DNA of 63,617 bases, filler included, from Reticulomyxa filosa (lineage: Eukaryota; Protista; Foraminifera), in NCBI GenBank assembly GCA_000512085.1. It is 17 parts of 17 records of this genome, joined end to end, with 100 filler letters (N's around TTAATTAATTAA, not from the genome) between each part and the next. Parts side by side here need not be neighbours in the genome. Positions count along the whole stretch, not along the records: positions 1 to 11,590 come from ASPP01018511.1; positions 11,691 to 13,920 come from ASPP01018874.1; 15 more parts are not named here. One strand, 5' to 3'. Below, piece by piece: positions 1 to 13,290 of the stretch. The notes beneath the pieces are model-generated. The model ran no database searches. It saw only the letters and a program-made list of their open reading frames with translations, and had not been told where the DNA came from. Position numbers and translations under genes: made by a program. Every line of letters starts with the position of its first letter. The first letter of the stretch is position 1.

Positions 1-2270
1 AGGTATGGCAGTTTTTTTTGCAATCTACTGTATATATAAAGTGCAAATCTAAAATTTTTGAACGATATTTATTGCTCTTGGAAGTGAATTTCTTGATTGA
101 TAATCTTCATTGACAGATCGTCCAAAAATGATTTTTTGATTATAAAATATTTTTTTTTCGTTATAAAACAAAATTGTATTTTTTGTTCTGCTGGAAGACA
201 AAAGACAATCATAAGTTTTCCATTAATTTTTCAATAATGAGAATAGCAAGTGTTTGTCCTCAAGTTTCAATGACAAAAACACCACTTCAAATAGCACACA
301 TTGCATTCAATCATTACCTCAGATACTAGGGAACTATTCTCCAATTGAACGAATATATTGAAGGTTACTATAGTGTTAACTGCGTTGAGTTTTGAGTACT
401 AATAAACAAAAACTTAAACTTTACATGTATCCACGAGAACTCTTCCCCATTTTCTAACAAGGGTAAGCAGGCATCAGGTCTTTGTTGTCAATAGATAAAC
501 ATTATATATCTTAAAAAAACCTGAACTACGCTCCCTCGTGTAAGCCAGTTTTTAATTGATTTGATTAAATTTAATTAAAACAACTCAATAAGCATAATTT
601 CAGCAAATAAATAAAGATATATTTTTTTATAAAAATACAAAAACAAAATTATAAATTGAAGAGTTTCTTTAAAAGGGTCTAGTTCCAGATATTTTTTTTT
701 TTATGTATCATCACTAGTTTAATTACCTGTTGTTAAAGCTTAGAAAGGTAATGTTTTCATTCCTGTATTAAAGAAGAAATTTCATGCACAAGAGTGGTTG
801 AAATTGTTCAAATATGCTATAATGATAATTTTTTTTAGTTTAAAAATAATTTCTTTGTTTTATCTAATTAATTGACATTATTTTATCTCCAAATAAATCG
901 AAAAATTATTAATTACTTTTGCATCCAAAATTATTTGTGTTAATATTTGCTTCAATAAAAAAAATATAATTATTAAAGACTTCCATCGGATAAACACTTT
1001 GTTTACTTTTTATCAACTAGCTACAAATAATAAAAAAATTAGAAAAAACATAAACGCTGCACAAAGTATAGAACAGAGAAGAGGAAGAAGTGACCAAAAG
1101 TCAGCTCACTACCAAAAATTTTTCAGATTGAATTTACTCTTTAAATAAACACAATTTTTCAATTCTTATTTCCTTTGATTCATTAGTTTTAAATTTCTTC
1201 GCCAGCACTTTATGTTGATCGCTTAGAGTAATCACATTATCTCCAGCAGCATGAAAATCTTTTTCTTTTCTATCTGATATGAGATCTTCAAATTTTTATT
1301 TTAATTTGTTTGCATCATATCAATAATATCGCTTAGTGGTCTGATACAGTTGAATACGTGCACAAAATTTAAAATAAAAAATCCTTCTGAAAAATTTAAC
1401 TACATTGAAAGTAAAAAAATAATATTTTGTCAACCAAAAACTTGTGAGTGCAGTAATCGTGTCTCATGATTTCATCAGTTTTTCGCACAAAAAAGATCGA
1501 GCATATAATTTTTTTAGATTATTTAGCGTTTTTACGTGAGTATCAACAATGATTTGGATACTTGTTAACTTTGTTTGTTCGACAATAGCGTGATAAACAT
1601 TAAATTGTCAACCTCACTTGTTATCATTACAAAAGTACTTTGTCTATAACTTCTTTGAGTCGATTAGAGAAGTTGCTAATGTGGCTTCTTACCAAAGCAT
1701 AATAAAGACTTCGGAACTCTAGCTTAAGTGTTTATGTTTCAATACCTAGTCACTTTATTCTATCTTATTATGCAGGTAGAGGACAATATAGTGGCGTTGT
1801 AAGTGTGCTGTGGATTTAATCACTAGCATCAATCATTTGTTCCAGTTTAAGAATATATGTATCAGTACCATGGCCTCTTTGCTTTTTTTTTTCTCTTCTC
1901 ATCTTCTTGTGAAATATAGAATAAACAATATGTACAATTGGCCGCAAAAAAAAAAGACCCCAAAATGCACCAATATCAATATTTACAATTTTTTTGATGA
2001 AAAATTAACGTTTTTTTCAAAATTTTTTTAAAAATGATATCTCTTCGTCGTTGAGAATCTAAAAATACTTTTGATTTTTAATAAAAGTGTAGTAAATCAT
2101 ATCATCTTTCTATTGAAAATACGTACACAACCTGCATTTTGGGAGGCGTTTTTTCTGCCGTCGATTATATCTAAGAATATTGTGAGTCAATTAACGAGAG
2201 TTGTGTTCTTATGTCAGTCCTTATTTTTATTCTAAAGATATTATTGTTTCTGTGTTGCATAGGAATCTTG

Positions 2271-3441
2271 TCATCCCCATACTCGGATTGTTTGATCAAA
2301 TGAACATGACACAATTGTATCAGCGTCCCGGGAAACATCGATTCCCAGTATACCATCAGAGTGTCCTTCCAATCTTTGTATTTCTTGTCCTGATTTCACA
2401 TCCCACAATCGAACTGTTTTATCATTTGAACAAGATACAATTGTTTGACCACCAGGAAAATATTTCACATCATTTACACAATTTGAATGTCCTTCTAATA
2501 CTTTCAATTTTTTGCCTGTCTCCACATTCCATATACAAATTGTTCTATCAAATGAACACGAAACTACAAATTGACAATCTGGAGAAAATCTTGCTTGCAT
2601 AACAATGTTACAATGTCCTATTAATTCTTTCAATCTTTTACCCGTTTTTATATCCCATATACCAACTGTGTAGTCATTGGATGAGGATACAATAAATTGA
2701 CCATCTGGTGAAAATTGCACGCTTTGTACACCATCAGAATGACCTGCTAAATTTATTATTTCTTTTCCAGAACCGATATCCCACAATGTTATTGTTTTAT
2801 CACTTGCACTTGATACAATACTTTTACCATCTGGAGAAATGCTTACACCCCATACCGGATTAGCATGTCCTGTAATTTTCATCAATTCTTTTCCTGATTC
2901 TATATCCCACGTTCTAATAGTTTTGTCTTCTGAACATGATACAATAATATATTGATTAGGCAAAAACTCTGCACCGTAGACCGACTCGAAATGCCCTTGA
3001 AAGACTTGAATTTGCTTCACAGATGCAATGTCCCATAGTCGAACTGTTTTATCATCTGATGCTGATACAATCTTGCGACCATCCGCAGAAATTTTTACAC
3101 TTCTTACCAGACGTGTATGTCCTTTCAAAACTTTCAATTCTCGAAAATGCTTGGCCTATGTTAAGTTGACATTTAATAGTAAATAAAGGTACCTTTTCAA
3201 TATAAAAGTACAAAATCAAACAAACTGCCTAACATATTTGACAACAAGTTTATCAAAATCATTGATCCATCCCAATTTCACATCCAAAATTCGGATCCAA
3301 TTTTTGATTATTATTCTTATCTTTTGTTCTGACTATTTTTCAATAAACACCCGCTTTTGTACACGCAAAATATATTAAATGATAAAATGCAATTACCAAC
3401 TGTGCTGACGTATTCGCATTTTGATCGATACAAGTATCCAT
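2271..3441 (-). CDS. WD40-repeat protein (about 7 repeats), 3 exons; lineage-expanded family
   Basis: ORF 2271-3137 has GH...WD repeats. Upstream exons read manually: 3441-3398 (MDTCIDQNANTSAQL) and about 3330-3232 (SEQKIRIIIKNWIRILDVKLGWINDFDKLVVKY), with GT-AG introns. Confidence 0.92.
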
Positions 3442-4786
3442 TACTTTGTATCTGAAGAAAGATGCCAATAATGGATTATCCAAAAAAAATTTAAATTTTT
3501 GTACACTTGCCCTTTTTTGTTACTGGATTTCTTTTGAGTTTGTTTGTCCTTTTGTTCAATTTTTGAATGAGCTTGATTTCAAATTTTGCATTCTTTCAAG
3601 TTCATCACTCTTATTAGTTTCTACTCAGAAAAGCCGTACTTTGTTTTAATTATCATTCTTTCTGTTAAAACAAAATAAGATGAAGAATGTTTCCACTATA
3701 ATTTCACACAAGACAAGAAAAATTGAAATAACCTTGTATTTTATTTGAGTTTGTTTCAAAAAATTTTTATCTTCAGATAAAATTAAATTGAATTGCAATC
3801 ATTGCACGTATATTTTGAATATATACTCATTCTGTCAACATAATTCTCAGATTACCAGTTTCCATCATTGATTTTTACAAAGATATTTTTGTAAATTTGA
3901 GTACGAAAACGCACAGGAAATGTTATATTTGTCCCTACAAAAAAATTTTTAAAAAAGGCTGAAAAATCATTGTTGCTACAAGTGACAGAACGATTATGTC
4001 TTTAAAATATTTTTTTTCAATGTAAAAGACTGTTGATCAAACTAGTCCCGTTATTTTTTAATTAAAAATTTCACGTTTGTTTTTCAAATATATTCAAATT
4101 CTTAATGTTAATTTTCTATAGATACGAGTTCTTTAAAAAAAGAATGATGCATGAAATTTTAGTAGACACAACGAGTTAAGAAAAACAACGAGACGGGGCT
4201 GCGTTTGTGTGGACGTATGTCCAAAAAAGGAGTTCATTTTAACAAAAAAGTCTGTTATTTCTTTATATCACACAAACCACACATATCAAAACATAAAATC
4301 ATCGGACGTGAAGAAAAAAAAAGTGAAAAAGCCCAAGTTGGTAGGCCCCCTTGCAACTGTAGTAACGCTACCGTTGGCACTCCCCACAAAGCTCACAAAA
4401 GATAGCATTCTAACAAATTGTATTTATAATTCCACGATATCGTTGAGTTCTTGTGTTGACATATGTTGCAGCAATGACAGAGAAAATAAAAAATATTGGG
4501 ATTCTTTAGCATATTTCCTCAATTTTTTTTTAATGAAGAAATTGGCCTTTATTTTACTCAAAATATATTATGCAAAAAACGCAATCATTGCTATCTCAAG
4601 AAATAATGGGGTTAAAAAACTACACTCGGTTTAATATTTTTTATTGAGAGTAGATTCAATAACACCGACAAAAAAACCCAAAGAATACAAACTACAGAGA
4701 TCTGCGCACACAATTTAAAAAAGAGAATGTGAGTGGCAGAGAATGGCCACTATTTGGTAAGTGCATGTTTCCAATTTTCTTGTCGT

Positions 4787-6239
4787 TTAAGAAATCTGAC
4801 CACCTTTTTGTAGATTGGTGCGAATGACGCGAAGTTGGACATCGGAAAAAACTGTTTTAACATTGTCTTGATTCGTAGCACAAGTGACATGGTGAATGAT
4901 GTTTCGATCTTTGACTCTGTTCCTCGCCACAAACAGATGGCGAATAAAGTCTATTGCTTGATGATAGCACGTTTCAAAGAGGGTTTTGTCTACCTCCTCG
5001 TCGGCACCGCTTTGATAATTTGTCCCTTGCCATTGCTCTTCAGTCCTATATTGTTTTTTTTTTTTTTCTATTTAAAGACATACGTATACATATATATGTA
5101 CATATTTATATACCATCCAACTTTGTGGCTAAAACAAATATCCAATGGGACATGACGAAGCTGTTCTTCAAATAAGTCCCTTTTGTTCAAAAACAATATC
5201 ATCCCTAAAAGTTGAGCAAAAAAAAAAACAACACAACAATATTGCGGATTAATGTTTCGCGCGTTGTATGGACCATACTAAAAAAAAAAAAAAAAAGGGT
5301 ATAATGGACATTTACCAAAAAAAATAAAATAAAATATTGTAAAAAAAAATACTTTTTTTTTTTTGAGCAAACCAGCTTTTTGAAATTCCAAAGCATTGTC
5401 ATATTCCGAGAACACAGCGAGAGACTCATGCATCGCATTGCGTGTTTCATCTTCAAACAAAACTGCGTTGTAATGATTCAAAGCCGCTACAAATATCACG
5501 TTGGATACGTTGTGGATATAATTGATCCATTTTTTTTCTTCGTACTTTACGCCTCCAATATCTGTTATGTGAAATGTCATCCGCTCTTGCGTGCGAGTGT
5601 ACGTTTCGACTTCTATGCAAAATGAATACGTATACATATCTACGTATATACAATTCCTCAAACTGCTTTTTTTTTTTTGGTACCTGTGGTACGTATACGT
5701 GACTTGAGGATATCTTCATTAATCGCAAAATATTTGGGGTGCATAATGTCGGTGGCTCGTTCGAAGAGATATTCAATATTAGGCTCATTTTCAAATTGTA
5801 CCCTTTTTGCAAAGGTTTCTTGGATTGACGATAATTTCCACAAATATGCAAGTGCATTTCCTAGTGCCGTCAAATCTTCTTCGGATTGTTCCACGTTTTC
5901 TCCGAAAGAACTCTCTGAGATATTCATCACACATTGCCTATGTGCGTTTGTTTCCGTCGTTGTGTCCAGCAAACAATTCGCGTTTTTCTCCTTGTCTTGT
6001 TCATACAAAGATTGTGATTTTATTATCAATCGTGTCATAAATTCGAGCAATGCCTTTCTTATCACCCATGTTGCTTGCACAACCATTCGTGGATCTATCA
6101 CCTCCTCTCCTTCGATCTGCCTCAGAGTTTTAAAAATTGTCGACTTACCGCTTCCCGATATACCTAACAACAGTAGCTCATATTCTCCTTCCTTGAGCTT
6201 CTTTTCTGTTTTTGAGGCACTGCTAACACAACAGCCCAT
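4787..6239 (-). CDS. Heterotrimeric G-protein alpha subunit, divergent, 4 exons
   Basis: MGCC acylation-type N-terminus; P-loop GISGSGKST; RIRTT (G2); DIGG (G3); FLNKRD (G4); VTCAT (G5); C-terminus NVKTVFSDVQLRVIRTNLQKGGQIS, with stop at 4787-4789. Confidence 0.92.
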
Positions 6240-7300
6240 GCTTTTAAAACCCTTAGATTTTTTTTAAGAGTGAAGTTTCCCTTTTTTTTCAAAGTTCTCG
6301 TTTGTTTGTCGAAAAAAGGACAAACAGATTTATTATGGATTAGAGTTGTTAAAATTTTGTCAAATTGGAATGATATCGGGTTTCCGAAACATTAGTTTTT
6401 CGAACTACGTTCAGAGCCTAACAAAACAAGGAGGCAGATGGTATTTAGTTGATATATCCAAACAAAAAACTATCGTTTTGCTTTTACGAAGCAATTATTT
6501 AGAACAATATTTTCAAAAAAATCAGTTATTATCCCTTAGTCTTGAAATGTTGCTATTGTGTCTTTTTATTTTTATTTGTTAAAACGTTTTTATTGTGAAA
6601 GTGCTTATTTTTATTTTGAAATTTTGTTTCAGTGCTGTTGCTTTTCATGAAACAGTTCAAACTTGATAAGACCCGTTTTTCCTTTCGCCTATAGATCAGT
6701 TTTTTTTTAATTAACGCATGTCACAATAATACAAAGTAAAAGATTTATTATATAAATGTATTGCTAATCTAATGAAGGAAGCCCAAGCTCAAGCTTAAAA
6801 CTAGCTTTAGGAGGAAAAAAAGGGTACATTCACATAATAAAGTAACCGCAATAATTCAAGAAAAATTAGGGCCAGGAAAAAAGTATTTTTTATCGACATT
6901 TGGAAGATATGTTATTGAAATTTATATTTCTTCAAAATAATTTGTCATTATTTATGTTTCACTTTCAAAAATGTATAATACAAAACGAAAAAACAATTTA
7001 TAATGACAAGTTACATTATAAAGAAAATTGTGGATATGATTTGATTTTATTACGGGTTGAATGAAAATTTGATAATTATGATATGAGTGCCAGTTAAAGT
7101 AAGATTCAACTGAAAATAAATGTGTGATCATTGATTAGAAATAATCAATTCCTTTTTGTGAGTATTTACAACAAGATATACCATTTCTTGCGTTGAACAG
7201 AATGTTCAATTAAATGGACCTGGTATTACAATTGATCAAAGAAACAGCATTGCGTTTTCACCTTTGTGCTGTATGTTTGCACTGATGGATTGAATTTTCA

Positions 7301-8999
7301 TCACTTTTGTGTTTGAAAAGTAATTGCACAATTGCTCTTGTTGAACACAAAGCTCTTGCTTTCTTGATCGCGAAACCATTTGTAAGCAATGTCACCCGAG
7401 CGGATTCGAAATCCGACATTGTGACTTCGTAAATAACAGTTGTTTGCATCAGTTTGAACAGGACGGTATGGCCAACTTTCTGCTATTGATGGTAAACTTC
7501 CTTCACGAGGGGGAATATCGTGTGATGGCTGTTTACCACTACAGTACAAGTGTTTCGTACTTTCCTTGCTATCACCAGTTCTATTTATAGTTGCAATTTC
7601 GACATACCCTTTTAACCAATTTGTATTTTGACTTAAGTTTGGCCCTTTGCAGGGGAAATACGCAACCAAAAAGGGTTTTACGAGTTTACGGTTGTCATGA
7701 ACTTTTTTTGGATGACGTCTACTGGGCGGAACAGTCCCCATCCACCGGTTGTCCACCCGTACTATTATAGATGTATCTGTTCTGCACAGACTTAAATAAA
7801 TACAATGACCGTTATGACCAACCGCCAAGTTTACTTCAAAACATTCGTTTGGTGCAACTGACCTGAAACTAATTAATTGATCCACTACGTTGTGACTCCA
7901 GTCGCTCATTAAGTCTAAGTGTTCTGGCAACGTGCGTGTGATGATGTAATCCCAATAAGTTGTCAGCTGTACTTGCAATTCTTTCATGCCTGTTTCGTAC
8001 ACTTGTACACAGGTTGTGTTTGAGGGCAATTCAGGGAAGTGCGTCGCCTCTCGTTTCAGGCGAACACATATTTCAAACATTAAAAATATTCGGTATATGA
8101 GAAATTCTCTGACATACCACCCCTCATCGAATTTTTTTGGAGGTGAATTTTCCACTCTCATAATTGTAATATTCCGACTAGCTGCCCAATACAAGTCATT
8201 GTTCTCGATTAATATCTTGTGCAACTCGTTCTGATCTATTCCCAACAAGAAAGCTGCACCTTCTTCCAAAAACATCTTGTACTCCTCCTCGTTAATATTT
8301 TTTGCAACTCCGTTTTCATCGAGGAATTTGTTTTTGACATAATCAACTGTACGTTTGAGTTTTTGCATTGGATGCACAGTTCGTTGTTTCAGCCTCCTTT
8401 TGCACTCTTTTTTGATAAATTCATTTTCTAATCCCCCTTTCTTAGACATTTGCATACGTTTGAAACATGCTATCGAGTTAGCTGAGTGCATGCTGCTGTT
8501 GTCAATCTTTGAACCTTGTTGCATGTAGGAACGGAGGTCACTATCCAAATGAGGATATGGAACATTCTTGTCCCAATTCTTGTAATACTTACGACGCTGT
8601 GATAGTGTCGGAAAACCCCACGCTTGAGCTTGCTTATTGCAGCACTGCGTCAACGCATCGAACGCATCCGAGTTGATGTCGTGATAATCACTGCAACGAA
8701 GGTAAATGCGAGGAGCGAATCTGATCAAAGCAAAGGCGAGCTTGTCTTCCTCCTCCTCCTCCTCCTCTTGTTTATGCATGCGCGCATGTTGTTGCACCGC
8801 AGCAACAGTGATACGTCGCCACATGCCATCGGACATGGTAACCAGCACGTTATTTACAAACATACGTATACTCGGGCACGTACCCTCCAGGTGTTTCAAA
8901 AGCGTTTTCAGAGCATTCAGTAGGGATTTGCCATTGAGCCGGACAAAAATGGAGTTGGCAGCATCAATGTACGAAGGAGGGAGATTATTCTCATTATTT

Positions 9000-9063
<64 letters not shown>

Positions 9064-11554
9064 TGTCATTGTGATTGTCACAATAAATCAGACATTGGAG
9101 TGCAGTTAGTAATTGTTTATTATCTAATTGTGGAATAATGACTTGCAAAGCGACAGCACATTCCTTGCGTGCTTTCCAGTTGTCACTTTTCAGGTTTTTT
9201 TGCAAAAATTTAAACTTTGACGTCCTTGCACTTGTTTTGATCTCTTGTACCACTATCTCCCAATCCTCCTTTTCCCTTTCTTCGCATGCTTTCGCACTCA
9301 CCTCCTTCTTGTACTTTTCCAACTGCGTAGGGGCCGCATGTAGAGGTATCCCTCTTCGACTGCATTCGACGATCAGTGTTTTCAGTGCATGTGCGCAATA
9401 TCGACGGACTGTTGCATGTTCAATCATATTCTTGTCGCTGTTGTTGTCGTGCAATTCTGCAGTCAAACATTCCAACGCTTTGATCAACCGCTTGCGCCGA
9501 TTTAGACAGATAGCGATAGTGGCGAGTGCCTCTGCACACGTCGCACGGACCAGCATGTCTTCGCGCCTCTTCTTAAACATGCACAACAGACGCTTGAATG
9601 CCGCGCGCATGTGCGTGCGTTTCAGTGTCTGCTGCACAGCGAGCTTCGCGAGTGACTCTGCACATACGTACCGCACGCAGCCAAAAGCGTCATTCGCGCA
9701 GCTGCGCAACAAGTACTTTACGGCATCCTCGTACAATGGCGTCAATGGTGATGATGATGATGATAGTAATAAAAGTACTCTTTGAATGGTTTGTGCATCA
9801 AAAAACGGACTTGTTCGTTTGTTTCATTGCTTGAGGCTTCGTGCAAACAGAAGAAGATGTTATACAATTGCTTTGCGTTCAGTCTTGGAGCCATTACTCC
9901 AAGTAGCTGCGCGCTGACGTAGCGCACGTGGCGGCGCTTGGCATGTGCGAGACCCGTCTGCCGAGAGCGTAGCTTGCACAGAATTGTTTCGACACTCGCG
10001 TCTGTCAGACGCAAGTGCAAGGAGTGCAAGGCGACGTGGAGCGTTGTTGCACATGCACACAAAAAAGAAGAAGATTTTTCTTTGTGTGTAGCCAACTTGT
10101 GCAGCAAACAAGTAAATACTTCGTTAAACTGCAACTCACTCCATTTTGTGGCGAACATGCCGATCAACTTGGCACAAAAGTGATACACACGCATGCGCTT
10201 GTACTTTGTGATTGCACCGACAAATAACTGCCGTTGCAGTTGTAAGTGCCATTGCAATTGCAGCTGCTTCGCTATATTGGATAGCGATTTTGCGCACAAG
10301 CAGCGGACGTCTTTATCCACGCAGTCCAAGCCGTCGAGCAATGTCTGGAGCACGTATTTTAATGCCTCTGGTTTCAGTTGTGAAGCAATGATTTGCAATG
10401 CACATGCGCAAGAAGTACGTACCCTTTTTTTGTAGTCATCTTCGTAATTATTATTGTTATTGTTATTGTTATTGTTATTGTTATTGTTATTGTTATTGTT
10501 GATATTGTGCAAGATCGGTTGGTAAGCGTTATTGCACTGATCTTCATTCCAATGCATGGCCGCTTGCTTACAGGCGTTAGCATACCATAGACGCACTCTC
10601 CAGCCATTTTTATTGTTGTTAAGCTCTTCTAACACATAGCAAAAGGCCTTCTTCGACTTGATAGCAATGACTCCGAGAGTGCTCTCGTATGACGAAGGAG
10701 CTATCTTATTGTTATTGTTATTCTTCTCTGTTTTGTACGTTGTTTCGCATGCATAACCAATCCTACTCAAACTGCATTTCAAAGTGTTAAACGCCTGTTC
10801 CAACTGCTTGCAACTGGCGCTCCACACGAGCTTGCCAAGTGCATCTGCACACTTGAAGTCGATCTCGTTGTCGGACAGGTTGTCCATCAGCGCCGCAAAC
10901 ACGCTGTCAATCTGGTCCTGACTCAGTCGCGGTGCTAGCGCGCACAGATACGCCACGCACGCTTTGCGCAGGTAAACGTCGAAGTGATAGGCTAGACCGT
11001 TTTGGAGGCAGTCGACTACAATGTTGGAGGTTTTGCCAGGGATACATAAGCACTTCAAAATATGGAGTCTGTCGTCAATCTTTCCGTAGCAATGCCGTCG
11101 ATCATTATTAACATATTTTTCTTCTTCTTCTTCTTCTTCTTCTTCTTCTTTTTTTGTATGTGTTTCTTTCTTCCTTCGTTTAGCTGCTTTTGAACAATCT
11201 CGAGCTCCTTGATCAAACAAGTGGAAACAATCGGGTGTATTAACACGTAATGCAGATGTGGCAGGTGCCATTCCATTACATCATTCAATGGTCGCTTCAC
11301 GATTCTCTTTTGACATTTGCCGCTGTCGTATGCGTAGGCTCCGTCTTTCGCGAATCTGCTCCACGACTTTAGCCACAGAATAAATGTCTGCAGTAGCTCT
11401 TTGTGCCGACTTTGGAGTCCCTTTGGCAGAAATGTGCTCGTCGTGTCCGCCTTGCACGCGCTCAGGCAGCGCATTGCCAGCATTATTTGATGGATCGGAA
11501 ATGGTGAAACAGTATGAGAAAATAATGTCGTTGCTTCTCCTGATAATAATAATA

Positions 11555-11590
<36 letters not shown>
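7301..11590 (-). CDS. Large HEAT/ARM-repeat protein with a C-terminal CE-clan-like cysteine protease domain; 5'-truncated by gap, two apparent frameshifts
   Basis: ORFs 11055-11483, 9742-11271 and 7301-9745 join into one frame by adding one base at 11149-11155 and one at 9800-9805. Repeated helical motif VRxxCAxxLxxIA; C-terminal GHCIY...VDN...QTDANNC. Confidence 0.75.
8985..9063 (-). repeat. (AAT)n microsatellite encoding poly-Asn
   Basis: (TTA)n run on the + strand inside ORF 7301-9745. Confidence 0.95.
10447..10500 (-). repeat. (AACAAT)n microsatellite encoding poly-Asn
   Basis: (ATTGTT)n on the + strand inside ORF 9742-11271. Confidence 0.9.
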
Positions 11591-11690
11591 NNNNNNNNNN
11601 NNNNNNNNNNNNNNNNNNNNNNNNNNNNNNNNNNTTAATTAATTAANNNNNNNNNNNNNNNNNNNNNNNNNNNNNNNNNNNNNNNNNNNN
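11591..11690. other. Assembly gap spacer N44-TTAATTAATTAA-N44 (first of 16; others start near 13921, 16354, 17563, 19161, 20909, 22450, 32375, 33475, 34575, 35694, 37509, 41111, 46472, 51669, 54705)
   Basis: Identical 100-nt blocks; the palindromic 12-mer places a TAA stop in all six frames. Confidence 0.98.
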
Positions 11691-12559
11691 TTTCCATTAT
11701 TTTAATGATCGAAGATTATCAAAATTTCAAAGTTATTTTCTTTATTATCTTTGTTGTAAATATTTTTTACAAATAATCTACATCATCTTCTGATATGTCA
11801 TAAAATGTCTTCTTTTTATTGTATTCACAAAAAACTTAATTCTTTGGGAGAAAAAGCAGCTATTTATATTCTTAAAAATCAATTTTAATTTTCATAAAAA
11901 AATTAATTATCCTCACAATCTAATACAATTGAATGTGTGTACTTTAACGCTTTGGACGAAAATGAACAATCAAACTTGATTCAACTAACTTCCGATTTAG
12001 AACAAATTACATTTGTTGTGTCGATTATGAAAAGTATTTATTTACAATTGAACATTGCTCAGATCACAAAATTTCTAAAAATTTTGTAAAAATAGCCATA
12101 TCCCATAAAATATCACATTAAAGAAAATCAAGCTAAATTTTTTAAAATAATCTTTTCTTCTATTTAATTACATTGTTATAATTTGTAAATACTGTTTTTA
12201 ACGCTTTGTTGGTCTTTCACTTTACCATTTCTAAACACATCATCAAGCAAAAAACTACTTGCTTTATGCTTCTCTTTTGGTTCGAGAGAAATTTCTCATC
12301 ATTCCCAAACAATAAAATGACACTTTGCACTGGCTCGAAGAAAATCAAGTATGCACTAACATTTTGTTTGATATGTGCAATATACTTTTGTACAGTGGAG
12401 CCAAAACAAATGTCAAGCTAGAACAATCTAAAGAAATTCTTTCTTTTCTGTGGCGATTTGACAGCAAAAACTCAAAACTGTGGAATAGTAAATTAATAGT
12501 TGCACCCAAGTCTTTTCGTGCTACCTCCAAAAAAAAATGTTGATGGTGATGTGCAATTG

Positions 12560-13290
12560 ACGGTATATCCTAGTCAATAGGAGACTCCAAATGGCTCAGG
12601 AGTTATGATATTAGAGTGGCAAAACGTATCCAGCCCAACAACTCAAGATTGGATAGGTACACTTAAAAAAAATACGTATAAGTTATATAAAGAGATAGTT
12701 ATGTATTATATATGAAAGTAATTTATTGTCCGGCAAATAGTAGCAACGAGGATTACAGCGACTATGTGTGAATCAATGGCATACCGGATGGATCGATGAA
12801 TGTTGACATTATGGAACATGCGCGATGATTATGAGTTGCGTTATTTTAGTGACAAAGATAGCAACGAATATTGGCTACACGCGCAATAAGCGACGTGGTG
12901 ACGGTGGATAAATATTAGTCGTTGCAAAGACATCTTTCGTTAACAAAAATGGCTGTAATGAAATGTGCATAATGTGAATCTCTTCGAACGTGGTTCATTC
13001 GTCCCGAGAGTGCGTGTCGGTGCGCAAAATGGAGTGTCGAATACGTTGCCAAAGAATATACGTATAACACCTCGCAAATGTGCTATTCCCGGAGCCAGTA
13101 TCCTATCCTCACAGTGGTATCGAGGCCCTGGGGCGATCTACGATGCTCTCCTCACAAATCTTTACGTGCAATACGATGTATACTTCATTTTTGGCAGCGA
13201 CAAAGAATGGAGTCAGGTCTACTTTTATCACCGCCAGCGATGAACCTGATGACACATTTGAATTTATCATGTATGGCGATGTTAGGAGCA
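12560..13290 (+). pseudogene. Purple acid phosphatase (plant PAP/nucleotide pyrophosphatase type) pseudogene, N-terminal part
   Basis: Fragments in shifting frames: LEWQNVSSPTTQDWIG, DYELRYF, WYRGPGAIYDALLTNL, FGSDKEWSQV, FEFIMYGD. Several stops and frameshifts. Confidence 0.72.

Noticed and set aside
1-2200. Short ORFs at the window start
   Set aside because: AT-rich intergenic sequence with no recognisable coding motifs.
5677-6267. Long antisense ORFs (e.g. 5677-6267, 9138-9785, 38087-38467)
   Set aside because: Shadows of real genes on the opposite strand, with no independent motifs.
9742-9745. Stop/start overlap of ORFs 9742-11271 and 7301-9745 as a bacterial-style operon
   Set aside because: The HEAT repeat pattern continues across a one-base shift at 9800-9805, so one gene is more parsimonious; the downstream start is also a TTG.
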